Assembly: GCA_963702205.1 (NCBI GenBank)
Contig: OY969724.1
Span: 1,376,001-1,440,000, forward strand
Direction: 5' to 3'
Length of the DNA: 64,000 nt
Source of the DNA: an uncultured candidate division Zixibacteria bacterium
Lineage (GTDB): Bacteria > Zixibacteria > MSB-5A5 > GN15 > PGXB01
Position numbers and translations under genes: made by a program. Positions 41,589 to 51,867 of the stretch are shown here, piece after piece. Within the stretch, counting starts at the first letter, position 1. Every line of letters starts with the position of its first letter. The notes under the pieces were generated by a model. That model did no database searches. It was not told where the DNA came from and saw only the letters and a list, made by a program, of their open reading frames with translations.

Positions 41589-43316
41589 ATGTTTATGAAA
41601 AGTGGATATGTTAAACCTGGCTTTCTAATCGGTATCGTGCTCGTTCTGATCGGTGTATTCGGCTGCAGTTCCGGCATGGAAGAAATGTCCGTGGCCACCG
41701 TCAATGGCGACAAAATTCTGGCCCGGGATATAAACGATATTTTTACACGCAACAATATGACCTTCGGAAGTTTCGACGAGGAACTCCAGGCCCGCAAAGA
41801 TATCCTCGACAGCCTGATTATCCAACAGTTGTTTATCCAGGAAGCCTATCGCCGCCATATGGATAAAATGGATGAGGTCAATCGCATCGTACTCGACAGC
41901 CGCGAGAAATTCCTCCTCGACATTCTTTACCAGCGCGAAATAAACGACAAAATTATCATTACCGACCAGGAACTGCACGACCTTTATGATAAAGAAGAAT
42001 ATAAAATCAGCGCTTCTCATATATTGTTGGGCACCGAAGACTCGGCCAAAATGGTCCTGGACAGTTTGAAAAACGGCGGCAATTTCGAAGACCTGGCTAT
42101 TTCTTATTCCAAAGACCCGACCACGTCCAAAAATCGCGGCCAGCTGGGTTATTTCGATTACGCCTCCAAGGACCGTCAGTTTGCCGATTATGCCTTCCGC
42201 CTCAATCCCGGCGAAATCAGTGAACCGTTCAAGACACGCTACGGCTGGCATATCGTCAAAGTCGATGATCGTGTCCCCAACGAAGAACGACGCGGATTCG
42301 AGGAGGAAAAGGCCGGTTTGAGGCGGTCTCTTGAAGTTAATAAAAGGATGGACCTGATCGAGCAATATTCCAATGAACTGAAAGAAAAATACCCGGTCAA
42401 GGTCGAAAAAGACGTCTGCGACTATATCATTCATCGCCTGGAGACGATGTATCCTCCGCAGGTTCTGAAAACCCTGCCCAAAAGTGATTTTGACCTGAGC
42501 CAGCTCGACCGCGATGAAAAGGAAATGGTCCTGGCCACGTGGGATGGAGGTCAGATGACGCTGGGGCAGTACCTGGTGGAATCCAAGAAACTCGCCCAGG
42601 CCATTTTGCCGCCATTCAGCGACTACGATTCTATCGGGGTAATCATTTTCAATCTGAGAATAGACAATATCCTGGGCACTGAAGCGCGGAAACTGGGTCT
42701 CGAAGACGATCCGTTGTTCAAGTATAAAGTGAAACGCTTCAAAGAGCTGACCATGGCCGATATTTTCGAAAACGATTCGCTTCCATTCGGCACGCCGCCG
42801 GACGACGGCGTGGTGCGTCAGTATTATGAAGACCATGAATCGGATTATGTCACCCCGGCCAAAGTGCATTTGTTCGAGATTTATGTGTCCGATTTTACCG
42901 AGGCCAAACGTATCAAGAAATCGCTTATATCGCTAAAGCAGTTCAAGGAAGCCGCGGCCAAATATACGGAACGTCCCGGCAAACGAGCCACCTCGGGTGA
43001 TCTCGGTTACATATCCGAGAAGCAGTACCCCGATCTTTTCAGGGCCGCCCAAAACTCCAGCGTCGGTGATATAGCGGGGCCGCTGGGCCTCGGCGGCGGC
43101 AAGTTCTCCATCATCTATGTAGCCGACAAGCAGGCGGAAGAGGTATCTGATTTTCTGACGGTCAAAGAAAAAATACGGCGGCAACTGACGATGGAACAGC
43201 GGACGAAGGTCAGGAACGACTGGATTGCCGCTCAAAAGAAAAAGTCACAGATAAAAATTTACGAAAGCAATCTGAGATCGACCATAGACAAATCGAAGTA
43301 CGGGCCGGTCAGCTAA
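41589..43316 (+). CDS. Parvulin-type PPIase lipoprotein (PrsA/SurA-like)
   Basis: Lipobox VFGC; ASHIL, GQLGYF, YGWHIVK; second parvulin domain. Confidence 0.85.
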   Translation: MFMKSGYVKPGFLIGIVLVLIGVFGCSSGMEEMSVATVNGDKILARDINDIFTRNNMTFGSFDEELQARKDILDSLIIQQLFIQEAYRRHMDKMDEVNRIVLDSREKFLLDILYQREINDKIIITDQELHDLYDKEEYKISASHILLGTEDSAKMVLDSLKNGGNFEDLAISYSKDPTTSKNRGQLGYFDYASKDRQFADYAFRLNPGEISEPFKTRYGWHIVKVDDRVPNEERRGFEEEKAGLRRSLEVNKRMDLIEQYSNELKEKYPVKVEKDVCDYIIHRLETMYPPQVLKTLPKSDFDLSQLDRDEKEMVLATWDGGQMTLGQYLVESKKLAQAILPPFSDYDSIGVIIFNLRIDNILGTEARKLGLEDDPLFKYKVKRFKELTMADIFENDSLPFGTPPDDGVVRQYYEDHESDYVTPAKVHLFEIYVSDFTEAKRIKKSLISLKQFKEAAAKYTERPGKRATSGDLGYISEKQYPDLFRAAQNSSVGDIAGPLGLGGGKFSIIYVADKQAEEVSDFLTVKEKIRRQLTMEQRTKVRNDWIAAQKKKSQIKIYESNLRSTIDKSKYGPVS

Positions 43317-43332
43317 AACAGGGATGTAAGCT

Positions 43333-44628
43333 GTGTTTCAAAAAATAGTGTTTTCTATATTAGGGCTGGTTATCGGACTGGCTCCGGCCGCGTTTTCGGC
43401 CGAGCCGCTGGAGCGGATAGTGGCCGTGGTCGGCAACGAGCCGATTCTTCTGTCAGAACTGGCTCTTCAGATGCAGCTTTTGGCGATCAATCAGGGAGTT
43501 CGCCCCAAAAACGAGCAGGAACTGGAAGATCTCCAGAAACAGGTTCTGGATCAAATGGTATCCGAGCAATTGTTCCTGATTGAGGCTAAAAGCGATACGA
43601 CCATAAACATATCAACCGCCGATATCGATCGGGCCCTCGATGAACGCGTCGCCTCGATCGCATCGCAGTATCCGTCGGAAGACGCTTTTCTCGATGAACT
43701 GAACGGGGAAGGGATGAATCTCCGGGCTTTCAAGAAACGCCTGCGGCCGGAAATCGAGAATCAACTTTACAAGCAGAGCTGGATTTCGAACAAGTTGAGA
43801 GATATTTCCATTTCGCGAAAGGAAGTGGTCGATTTCTATAATAAGTACACCGATTCGATCCCGACTCAACCGGCCATGGTCCGATTATCCCATATTCTGC
43901 TTAAATTCGAGCCGTCGAAAGCTACCGAAGATTCTATTAAGCAACTGGCCGAGACGGTCCGCAAAAATGTCTCCGGCGGGGCCGACTTCGCCTCGATGGC
44001 TATCAAGTATTCCAATGGTCCGGCGGCCCTGTCAGGAGGCGACCTCGGGTTTTTGTCGCAGGACGACGTTCTCCCCAAATTCGGACGTACCGCTTTCAGT
44101 CTTCAGCCGGGCGATATCTCCGGCGTCGTCCAGACCGAGGCGGGTCTTCATATCATAAAATGCATCGAAAAAATTGGTGAGCGAGCCCATTTGCAGCAAA
44201 TTTTGTTTGCCATCAATCCGACCGCCGCCGATTCCCAAAAGACCTATTATCTGGCTGATTCGCTTTTGAAAGCAATCAACAACGGGGCCGATTTCAAGGA
44301 AATTGCCAAAACTTATTCCGCCGACGATGATTCCCGCAAGCAGGGTGGCGAACTGGGCTGGTTCCCGATTAAGGAGCTGCCGCCGGTATTTGCCGAAGCC
44401 ATCGAGAAATTCAAGGATACCGGTGACGTGGTCGGGCCGGTCAAATCCGAGTATGGACTTCACATCCTCAAACTCCTCGATCGACAGGATGCGCGGACGC
44501 TAACACTCAAAGATGATTACGATGCCATCAAGGAGATGGCCCGTCAGGCCAAGACCAGCGAGTATGTCGACAAATGGGTTGCAGAAATTCGTGAAAAAAC
44601 CTATGTCGATATTCGTCCCCTGAACTGA
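43333..44628 (+). CDS. surA: SurA-like chaperone/PPIase
   Basis: RIVAVVGNEPIL; two parvulin domains (GGDLGF, GGELGW, YGLHILK). Confidence 0.85.
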   Translation: MFQKIVFSILGLVIGLAPAAFSAEPLERIVAVVGNEPILLSELALQMQLLAINQGVRPKNEQELEDLQKQVLDQMVSEQLFLIEAKSDTTINISTADIDRALDERVASIASQYPSEDAFLDELNGEGMNLRAFKKRLRPEIENQLYKQSWISNKLRDISISRKEVVDFYNKYTDSIPTQPAMVRLSHILLKFEPSKATEDSIKQLAETVRKNVSGGADFASMAIKYSNGPAALSGGDLGFLSQDDVLPKFGRTAFSLQPGDISGVVQTEAGLHIIKCIEKIGERAHLQQILFAINPTAADSQKTYYLADSLLKAINNGADFKEIAKTYSADDDSRKQGGELGWFPIKELPPVFAEAIEKFKDTGDVVGPVKSEYGLHILKLLDRQDARTLTLKDDYDAIKEMARQAKTSEYVDKWVAEIREKTYVDIRPLN

Positions 44629-44637
44629 TCGAAATAT

Positions 44638-44895
44638 ATGCGACTCGATTTATTTCTCTGCAAAACCGGGATAATAAAGCGCCGGACACTGGCTAAAGAA
44701 ATAGCCGATTCCGGCATGGTTAAAGTCAATTCCCAGAAAGCCAAACCGGGGCGCGAAATTAGCGAACGGGATGTTATCGAAATCGGCGGCAACCGGGCGA
44801 TAGCGGTCGAAGTATTGAAAGTCCCGACCGGGAGTGTCCGCAAGGAAGATCGCGAAAAATATTACCGGGTTTTGAGCGGATCAAATAGCGCTTGA
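44638..44895 (+). CDS. S4-domain RNA-binding protein (HslR/YabO-like)
   Basis: MRLDLFL...IKRRTLAKE..G.VKVN..AKPG. Confidence 0.88.
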   Translation: MRLDLFLCKTGIIKRRTLAKEIADSGMVKVNSQKAKPGREISERDVIEIGGNRAIAVEVLKVPTGSVRKEDREKYYRVLSGSNSA

Positions 44896-44999
44896 GTTTT
44901 TGACATAACCTCTTATATTATTTTGCTCAGGCCGGGAGGGTATGCGCCTCGGGCTGGATAATAACATAGATATAAAAAGCTTAATCGGGAGAATATGCG

Positions 45000-45338
45000 A
45001 TGAAAATGCAGGATGAGGTCAAGGGAAACGCGGCAATAATTCATCTTGAAGGCAAAGTAATGGGCGGACCGGACGCGACCATGTTCCACGGCAAGCTTCA
45101 CGAATTGGTCAGCGGCAACAAAAAGCAGGTTGTGGTTGACTTGGCCAAAGTGGAATGGATGAGTTCGGTTGGGCTGGGAATGCTCATTTCGGCCCTGACG
45201 ACCGTCAAAAATGCCGGCGGCGAGCTCAAGCTGGCTAATGTCACCGAAAGCATCAAATCGCTTCTGACCATAACGCGACTGGTGACGATTTTCGAGACGC
45301 ACGATAGTGTCGATGCCGCGATAGCATCGTTCAAATAG
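45000..45338 (+). CDS. STAS anti-sigma factor antagonist
   Basis: VVDLAKVEWMSSVGLGMLI. Confidence 0.9.
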   Translation: MKMQDEVKGNAAIIHLEGKVMGGPDATMFHGKLHELVSGNKKQVVVDLAKVEWMSSVGLGMLISALTTVKNAGGELKLANVTESIKSLLTITRLVTIFETHDSVDAAIASFK

Positions 45339-45360
45339 TCAAATCGACATTTATTAAAAT

Positions 45361-45395
45361 AAAAAAGGCAGGCTTAAACGACCTGCCTTTTTTAA
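45361..45395. terminator. Bidirectional terminator; duplicated at 48521-48556
   Basis: A6-GGCAGG-CTTAAACGA-CCTGCC-T6. Confidence 0.85.
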
Positions 45396-45405
45396 GTTGG
45401 TCTCA

Positions 45406-47255
45406 TCAATAGCCGTTATAATTAAAACAAATTGGTGGTTCCTCGCCGTCTTCATATAAATACCCTATTAAATAAAGCAAATCCAGCAGATTAATATTTC
45501 CATCGCAATTGGCATCACCCAGAATTGGGTGAGGTGTCGGAGCATATCCTTCATAATAAATATAATCATATAACCATAACCAGTCGGTCAGATTTATGGT
45601 TTTGTCATTGTTGACATCGCCTCGGCTTACCGACAACAGAGCCTTGTATGCATTGACTTGACCGTAGCCATAATTGAAATCAGGCGGCTTTATCGTAATT
45701 TCGCCCCAAATTGTATCGGCTGAGGATCGAAGTCTCTCATATACTTGTTCGGAAGTTAAATCCGGGCGGCGGGAGAGAACTAACGCTGCTGTCCCGGTAA
45801 CAATAGGGGCAGCCATTGATGTTTGCCCGGCCTAGCAAAAATAATTAATATTGTTATTATTGGGGGGACAACCTGGCCTATAAATGTCAGGATTTGCGCC
45901 CAGACTACCCATGCGATCTATGGTCCATGTGTCGCCTTCCGAACTTGTCGCAACTAAATCCAACGAATCCCCATAACAGCTGCTTAACAATAAATAACCG
46001 TCTTCGTTGACGGCTGCAACGGCCAATGCGGACGATAGGTATTTCGGGAATCGTAATTCATGACAAGCGCCCCCATTCCATTTCCGGCGGAAAATACAAT
46101 TACCGCTCCGAGGCCATTCCGCCCGTATTGATACAAAAAGTCAAATACATTTGTTATGTTGTCGTATACCCCTCCATTGAGGCTATAGCTGTTATTCAGT
46201 ATATCAACACCGGTCGAATAAGCGTACAACAATGCAGTTTCCAATTTGGATATATCAACATACTCGTAATATCCAACGCCGAGTATCCTTATAGGTACAA
46301 TAGAACATTCCGGTGCAATCCCCACAGTTGAATACGTCCCACCTTTTGGATTGATAGTATCTGGCATATCATTATTGTGACGAGCAAAAATAGCTCCGGC
46401 TACGGCCATACCGTGAATTTCATAATGGTCGTTTGGGCTTGGGTCGGTATCTCCGTCTCGTGCATCGTAACCTTGAAGCATTTTGTTCGTATCCAAATCC
46501 TCATGGTCTTCAATCCCAGTATCAAGGATAGCGACCTTTATGCGGGGTTCTTCAGCCGTAATTTCCCAACAATCGTTATAGTAATTGCCATAATCTATCG
46601 CCGCCTTAATATTATATTGATAGGCATAATATTCATCTATAATCTGATAACTGTCGGGGATGATTCTTATTAAGAAGTTAGGGTGGCAAAATTGCACAAA
46701 ACCCGTTCCATACAAATCATTGCATACATCGACAATAAAACTCTCCGTTTCGTCCGTTACTCTCAATACATACTCATTGCCTAAGACCGAATTCGTGTCC
46801 ACGATATTAAGATGATAATAATCGATCAAGCTGTCAATCAATCCCTGTGCCGTTCCAGGCGCAAACATGCAGATTAATTCGTCAAGCGTGAATATCGGAA
46901 TCGTGTCGTCGAACAACGCAACCGGATGCAGGAATTCAACCGATTCCTGACTCGCAAGTGACTCAAGAATAGAATCATAAATGTAATTGCCCTGGATACT
47001 AAACAACCCGAAACCCTTATGCTCGGCAAAGATCGTATCGAATTCCATTTCAGGATAAAGATTATTAATATAGTTAAAACCCTGTGCCGGTGGGACCCCG
47101 TCAAATTTCAACAACAACCTTGAAGTGTCGACCTGCATGTAAATTTCCGCTCCGTTAGAATAATAATACAGACTGTCTGCAGACGCCGCTGCATTTTGGC
47201 CGCACGCGATAACTCCCAATGCGATTGCACACGCAATAATAATGAACCTCTGCAT
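45406..47255 (-). pseudogene. Secreted S8 subtilase with C-terminal dockerin-like domain; disrupted by a frameshift (C5 run 46070-46074) and an in-frame TAG (45832-45834)
   Basis: ILDTGI, HGMAVAG, FSAGN, GQTSMAAP triad; GDVNND..NLTDW / GDANCDGNINLLDLLYLI; adding one G restores ..FPKYLSSALAVAA. Confidence 0.85.
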
Positions 47256-47270
47256 CTCGCCCCCCCTGAA

Positions 47271-48362
47271 TTAATTCGCTAAATTAAAGGCATCTATATA
47301 AAACCTGTCGTCCTCAGGCGAATATACAATATCTTTAAATTCGTAGTTCGGGATATCCACAAGTGCAAAAACGTAAGTAGGATCGATTCCGCTTGAAACC
47401 AGAAGAGCGTAACGGCTGTCGGGGGTGATGCAAAAATGTCCGGGGTCGAACCCGGAAATAGACTGCCCTGAAATACAGTAACCGGCGCTTAATATTTTAT
47501 TCACACGTTGAGTGGCCAAATCAATAAAGATAATTTGTTGCAATGATGGGTCGCCGAAAACGTTGGAATGGTCCGTGAGTATCAACTGGCTTTCGTCGGG
47601 CGTTATCGCGATTTCGCCGGCGCCGGGGCCGACCGGGTAGTATAATCCGACCGAATCGGATGCTGGGTAGTACGAAATCAGGTATTTGTTGTATATAGTG
47701 CCATAACTGACGATCATGAATATTGTGGTTCCGTCAGAAGATGGTTGAATGCGGAAAATACCCGGGGGTGCATAAGGTGGGTCAACGAGCACTATTTCAA
47801 CGTACAGGCTTTCGCCGACCATGTCATATATCCTAATATGGTTTGTACTCGTAAACGTATAAAATCTGCTGTCATCCGGCAGAAAACGCCCCTGATATGT
47901 ATTTATTAAATCGCTGAATATGACGTTGTATGTCTCGCCGTCAAGAAAAACAAGGCTGTCATCGTCCAGCAAAGCGATATACCTGCCGGTGTTGGAAACC
48001 ACTATATTGCCCTCAAGGGGCCTGGAAGTAATCCTCAGCATGGTTGACCAATCATAAACAACAAAAGTATCCGGCACACCTTGAGTTTGCTTGGTTATCA
48101 GTAATTGATTTCCGTCGGTCGATACAGAGGCGCTTGACTATAAATGATCCAGTTCTACGGAATCGACAATTGTCTTTTCCCTGGTATTATAGACGTAAAA
48201 TCGGGGTGCTTGGGCGTGAGGGCTGGATAACACAATATTATAATCGGATATGGTTTCATTGTCTCCGGGGCAATTCGGGCACTTTTCATTGCAAGATACC
48301 GTGAAAAAGTAAATCAGTGAAATTACGATAATAAATCCGGCGATAAATCCTGACTTATGCAT
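47271..48362 (-). pseudogene. Lipoprotein with YncE-like beta-propeller, split by an in-frame TAG (48138-48140)
   Basis: GGGAGG RBS, lipobox TVSC; frame continues DHL*SSASVSTDGNQLL into the 47271-48077 ORF; ITPD/SSDG blade motifs. Confidence 0.75.
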
Positions 48363-48520
48363 AAGAAACCTCCCATGTTTCAATTCATACTGTAATTCCA
48401 CCGTAATCCGATGGTTAAATATATGCATTTGGCTTCTATTTGTCTATTGATAGTACTGAGAGCCTTTATTCATTCTGTCTTCCATCTGCGCATACATTCG
48501 TTTTGATACAAAATATTGAA

Positions 48521-48556
48521 AAAAAAAGCAGGCTTAAACGACCTGCCTTTTTTTAA
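48521..48556. terminator. Terminator, direct repeat of 45361-45395
   Basis: GCAGGCTTAAACGACCTGCCTTTTTT identical core. Confidence 0.85.
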
Positions 48557-48570
48557 TGGGTGCCTATTGT

Positions 48571-51549
48571 CTATTCCAGAAGACACGGTGGCGGCCCGGG
48601 CGGATCACCATAGACATGGTCGATCAAGTACAATATGTCAATCAGGTTAAGTACCCGGTCGCAGTTGGCGTCACCAGAGAGATAGGGCTCGGGGCAGGTT
48701 ACGTCGCCTGAGCCGTAGATACAGTCGATCAGAAGCAGTATATCGAGCAGATTGTACGTTTTATCCCCGTTGGCATCACCGTTTTCATAATGATAGCTTT
48801 CTTCGACCACGTAACCGATTGTGTCGGTCGTCCCCGAGGCCGGGACATTGGCATTTTCGACCTGTATGCATTCCATAGACCCGTCGATTCTGATCCCGAT
48901 GCTGTAAATCGCTCCCGGCGGAGCGCCTTCCTCGGGCAGGACGATTATAATATAGTCGCCGTTGAGCGGGTAAGTAATATTGACCGAATCATTGGGAGCT
49001 TCATCATAGGTTGCATCCCCAACGGTATTGAAAGGTGTTCCGTCTTCACTTTTGCCGATCGAATCCCCGGCCGGGTCGATAACCTTGAGGTTAATTGGGG
49101 AATAACCGACAATAATCAACGGCGCCTGATCGAGTGTTATATTGGCCGAAAATTCGGACGTATTGCCGTCGACGTCGATTGCCGTAAATGTAATATCTGA
49201 AAACATCGGAAACTCTTTGGCGACTTTATAATTAAAATTACCCACGCTGTCCGTGTTAGCGAACCCGAGATATTCATAGGCCTCACCATAACCGGATATA
49301 TCGGCCACTCTTATCGTGTCGTCGGCAGGGTGAGACAGGAATGCCTCCACTCTGGCGCCGACTTCGGCCGTGCCGTAGACTACAAATGTACTATCGGATG
49401 TATCGTAACGCACCGAATCCACTTCGGGGAAATTAAGCAGGTCGTTGGGGCCGGAGTCGCCGTCGCCGATGTCGTTGAACGTAACGCCGTCGTCGGCGAG
49501 GTCTATCCCCAGATCGCCATTCATGTAAATATGATTGCGGGTGATTTCATTAAGACGGCTGTTGATCACGACGGAGATACCATCGTTAGCATTAAATGCG
49601 ATTATATTGGAATCGACCAGATTGCCGTCGCAGTTGAAGTCGATGACGAGACCATTATCCAGATTACCCTGGTCCGGGAATGCAAAATCACCGCCAATAC
49701 GGTTGCCGATTACCTGGTTTGAATCGGAATTGGCGTAAATATTTATACCGTTCTGGCCGTTATTATAGATTTTATTGCCTTTGTCCGGACTTCTTCCTCC
49801 GATTCGATTGTGGTTCGGCCCGCTGGTGAGAAGAATTCCGTCTGCCCCGTTTTCATGTATTTCATTGCCGATAATTATATTGCTGTCCGCACCGATGGTC
49901 ATGTATATGCCTTGATCGGTACAATACGACACGTTATTGTACGGCCCTATTATATTGTGTCTGGAGGTCTGCGAAAAATTTATGCCAAGGGTATTTGAAT
50001 TTATCCCGCTCGGCGTGATCCCGATATCATTATTACAAATTTCATTATTATTGCTGTTGTCAACCCAAATGGCATACTGCTGATCGCCAATTATATTCGG
50101 ATCATAAAGCGTATCCCCGATGTAATTATTATCCGCAAGATATAGCGAAATCCCGGTGGCGTGGGCCGTGTTTAATAATTGACCGCCTGAAGCACTGATT
50201 CCGATAAAATTACCGTATATCCGGTTGTACTGTCCACTACTGATTATAACGGCCTCTGCGCCGTCACCCGGCGCAATAACGTTTTTGTCGGCATGTAACG
50301 GTCCCCCGATTGTGTTATAACTGCCGGCTATATAAATTCCTTTACTGCCCGAAACGGCCTCAAGAACCGCTCCGTTGGAGCTGACATTTATAAAGCAGTT
50401 AACAACTGTATTGTAGTCCCCGTTGATGAGAATACTCGCGGGAGCCCAGTTATTTATGGTTAATCCCTCTATGACGCAATTGTCGCCGTTAATCGTAATG
50501 CCGGACGAAACTGGTACAAGAGAACCATCGATTACAATGCTATGGGCACCGCTTAAAGCAGTCGAACCCATGATCACGGTGCCATCGTCGACCAGGGGGG
50601 TCAACTCAGCCGAAAGATTAATCGTCCCCGAGACATCGAAAATTATCGTGTCCGGGCCTGTATTAGTATTAGCAGCCTCTATCGCCCAGCGCAGGCTGTT
50701 GGTGCCGGCGTCGTCGAGATTTAGGACTTCGATCGGAACGTCCGGCGCGCAGGTGGAAAATTCCGGTAATATAAACGACCCTATCGACCCCAGGAAAAGA
50801 CACTCTCCGCCGGGCGGGACGAAAGCCGTATCCAGGTCGATCTCCTGGTCAATCGGCCCGCCTAAAATTTGAGCGTTGAGGGTAAACAACAGACCGCCCG
50901 ATTGAGGTGACAAGAGGGGCTGGGTCATGACTATGTAGGCGACCCAACCGACCGAGACCTTATTATTGGCAGCGTCGAAATATGACTTCCACATTCCCAT
51001 CTGCGGCGCTATTGAAGAATTCGTGCTTACGGATGTGATTTCTACATCGCTTGATGGATAGTGAAATCCAAACGAAAACGCCCTGAGTGCCGATATGTTG
51101 TCGAGATATACTGGGATGGCAACCGAGTCATCGCCTGAATATGGCGCAAATGGCGCGCAACCTATAGTAATGCCATTCCCCGGCAACGTTGTTTGGCCAG
51201 ACACCACCGTATCCGCGCAGCTTGGGGCGGGGCCCATGTAATACAGGTAGTCGTTGAGATAATTAACGTCGCGGATGTTGATGCGGCCGTAGCCATCCAC
51301 ATTTCCCGAACTTACCGGATTCGGAGCCGGACCTCCAAAAGCGTGGCTGAAAATGAAAGATATGTCCCCCAAATTGATTATGGTGTCATCGTTAGCGTCA
51401 CCGCAGACACCCTTTTCGCCGTCCGACACGGATTGGCCTGCGCCAGAATCGGCGATAGTTACGGCAACATCTTCCTTCTGATCGGCCAGCAAAAATGCCG
51501 GCAAAAGCAGTACAAGAAGCACTACCCGGATTTTCAGCGATATTCTCAT
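48571..51549 (-). CDS. Secreted modular protein: dockerin, cohesin-like domain, parallel beta-helix, dockerin
   Basis: CGDANDD..INLGD / GNVDG..INIRD; VAIPVYLDN..FSFGF; DAGTNSLRWAI; many N.I.GN.IG repeats; GDANGD..NLLD / GDANCD..NLID. Confidence 0.8.
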   Translation of the reverse strand: MRISLKIRVVLLVLLLPAFLLADQKEDVAVTIADSGAGQSVSDGEKGVCGDANDDTIINLGDISFIFSHAFGGPAPNPVSSGNVDGYGRINIRDVNYLNDYLYYMGPAPSCADTVVSGQTTLPGNGITIGCAPFAPYSGDDSVAIPVYLDNISALRAFSFGFHYPSSDVEITSVSTNSSIAPQMGMWKSYFDAANNKVSVGWVAYIVMTQPLLSPQSGGLLFTLNAQILGGPIDQEIDLDTAFVPPGGECLFLGSIGSFILPEFSTCAPDVPIEVLNLDDAGTNSLRWAIEAANTNTGPDTIIFDVSGTINLSAELTPLVDDGTVIMGSTALSGAHSIVIDGSLVPVSSGITINGDNCVIEGLTINNWAPASILINGDYNTVVNCFINVSSNGAVLEAVSGSKGIYIAGSYNTIGGPLHADKNVIAPGDGAEAVIISSGQYNRIYGNFIGISASGGQLLNTAHATGISLYLADNNYIGDTLYDPNIIGDQQYAIWVDNSNNNEICNNDIGITPSGINSNTLGINFSQTSRHNIIGPYNNVSYCTDQGIYMTIGADSNIIIGNEIHENGADGILLTSGPNHNRIGGRSPDKGNKIYNNGQNGINIYANSDSNQVIGNRIGGDFAFPDQGNLDNGLVIDFNCDGNLVDSNIIAFNANDGISVVINSRLNEITRNHIYMNGDLGIDLADDGVTFNDIGDGDSGPNDLLNFPEVDSVRYDTSDSTFVVYGTAEVGARVEAFLSHPADDTIRVADISGYGEAYEYLGFANTDSVGNFNYKVAKEFPMFSDITFTAIDVDGNTSEFSANITLDQAPLIIVGYSPINLKVIDPAGDSIGKSEDGTPFNTVGDATYDEAPNDSVNITYPLNGDYIIIVLPEEGAPPGAIYSIGIRIDGSMECIQVENANVPASGTTDTIGYVVEESYHYENGDANGDKTYNLLDILLLIDCIYGSGDVTCPEPYLSGDANCDRVLNLIDILYLIDHVYGDPPGPPPCLLE

Positions 51550-51867
51550 AACCCCTCCCGAATGGTTAATTGCCTTGCATCATATTTTGATTGACGTATA
51601 TCTTCAATTTTTGGGTGTGCTCAGTTCCCAAACCAATTAAAGTCCGAGATAAATTTGTCGGTCAAAGCTGGAAATATAAAAATTGCAGATAACAAAGGAC
51701 TCTTAATCTCTCTTGACGCCTATAAGATAAGCGATTGATGGCATTTGTCAACATGAACCGTCTCGCGCTCGGACAACATTTCCGTTGCTTTTTATTTCAA
51801 AGAGTCTATTTTCGCCATGTGATTTGTGATGCCGACCAAATTAAAACTTTGATAGAATTTGACAACT

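Noticed and set aside
45406..51549. Diversity-generating retroelement acting on dockerin genes
   Set aside because: No reverse transcriptase and no TR/VR pair differing at adenines was seen.
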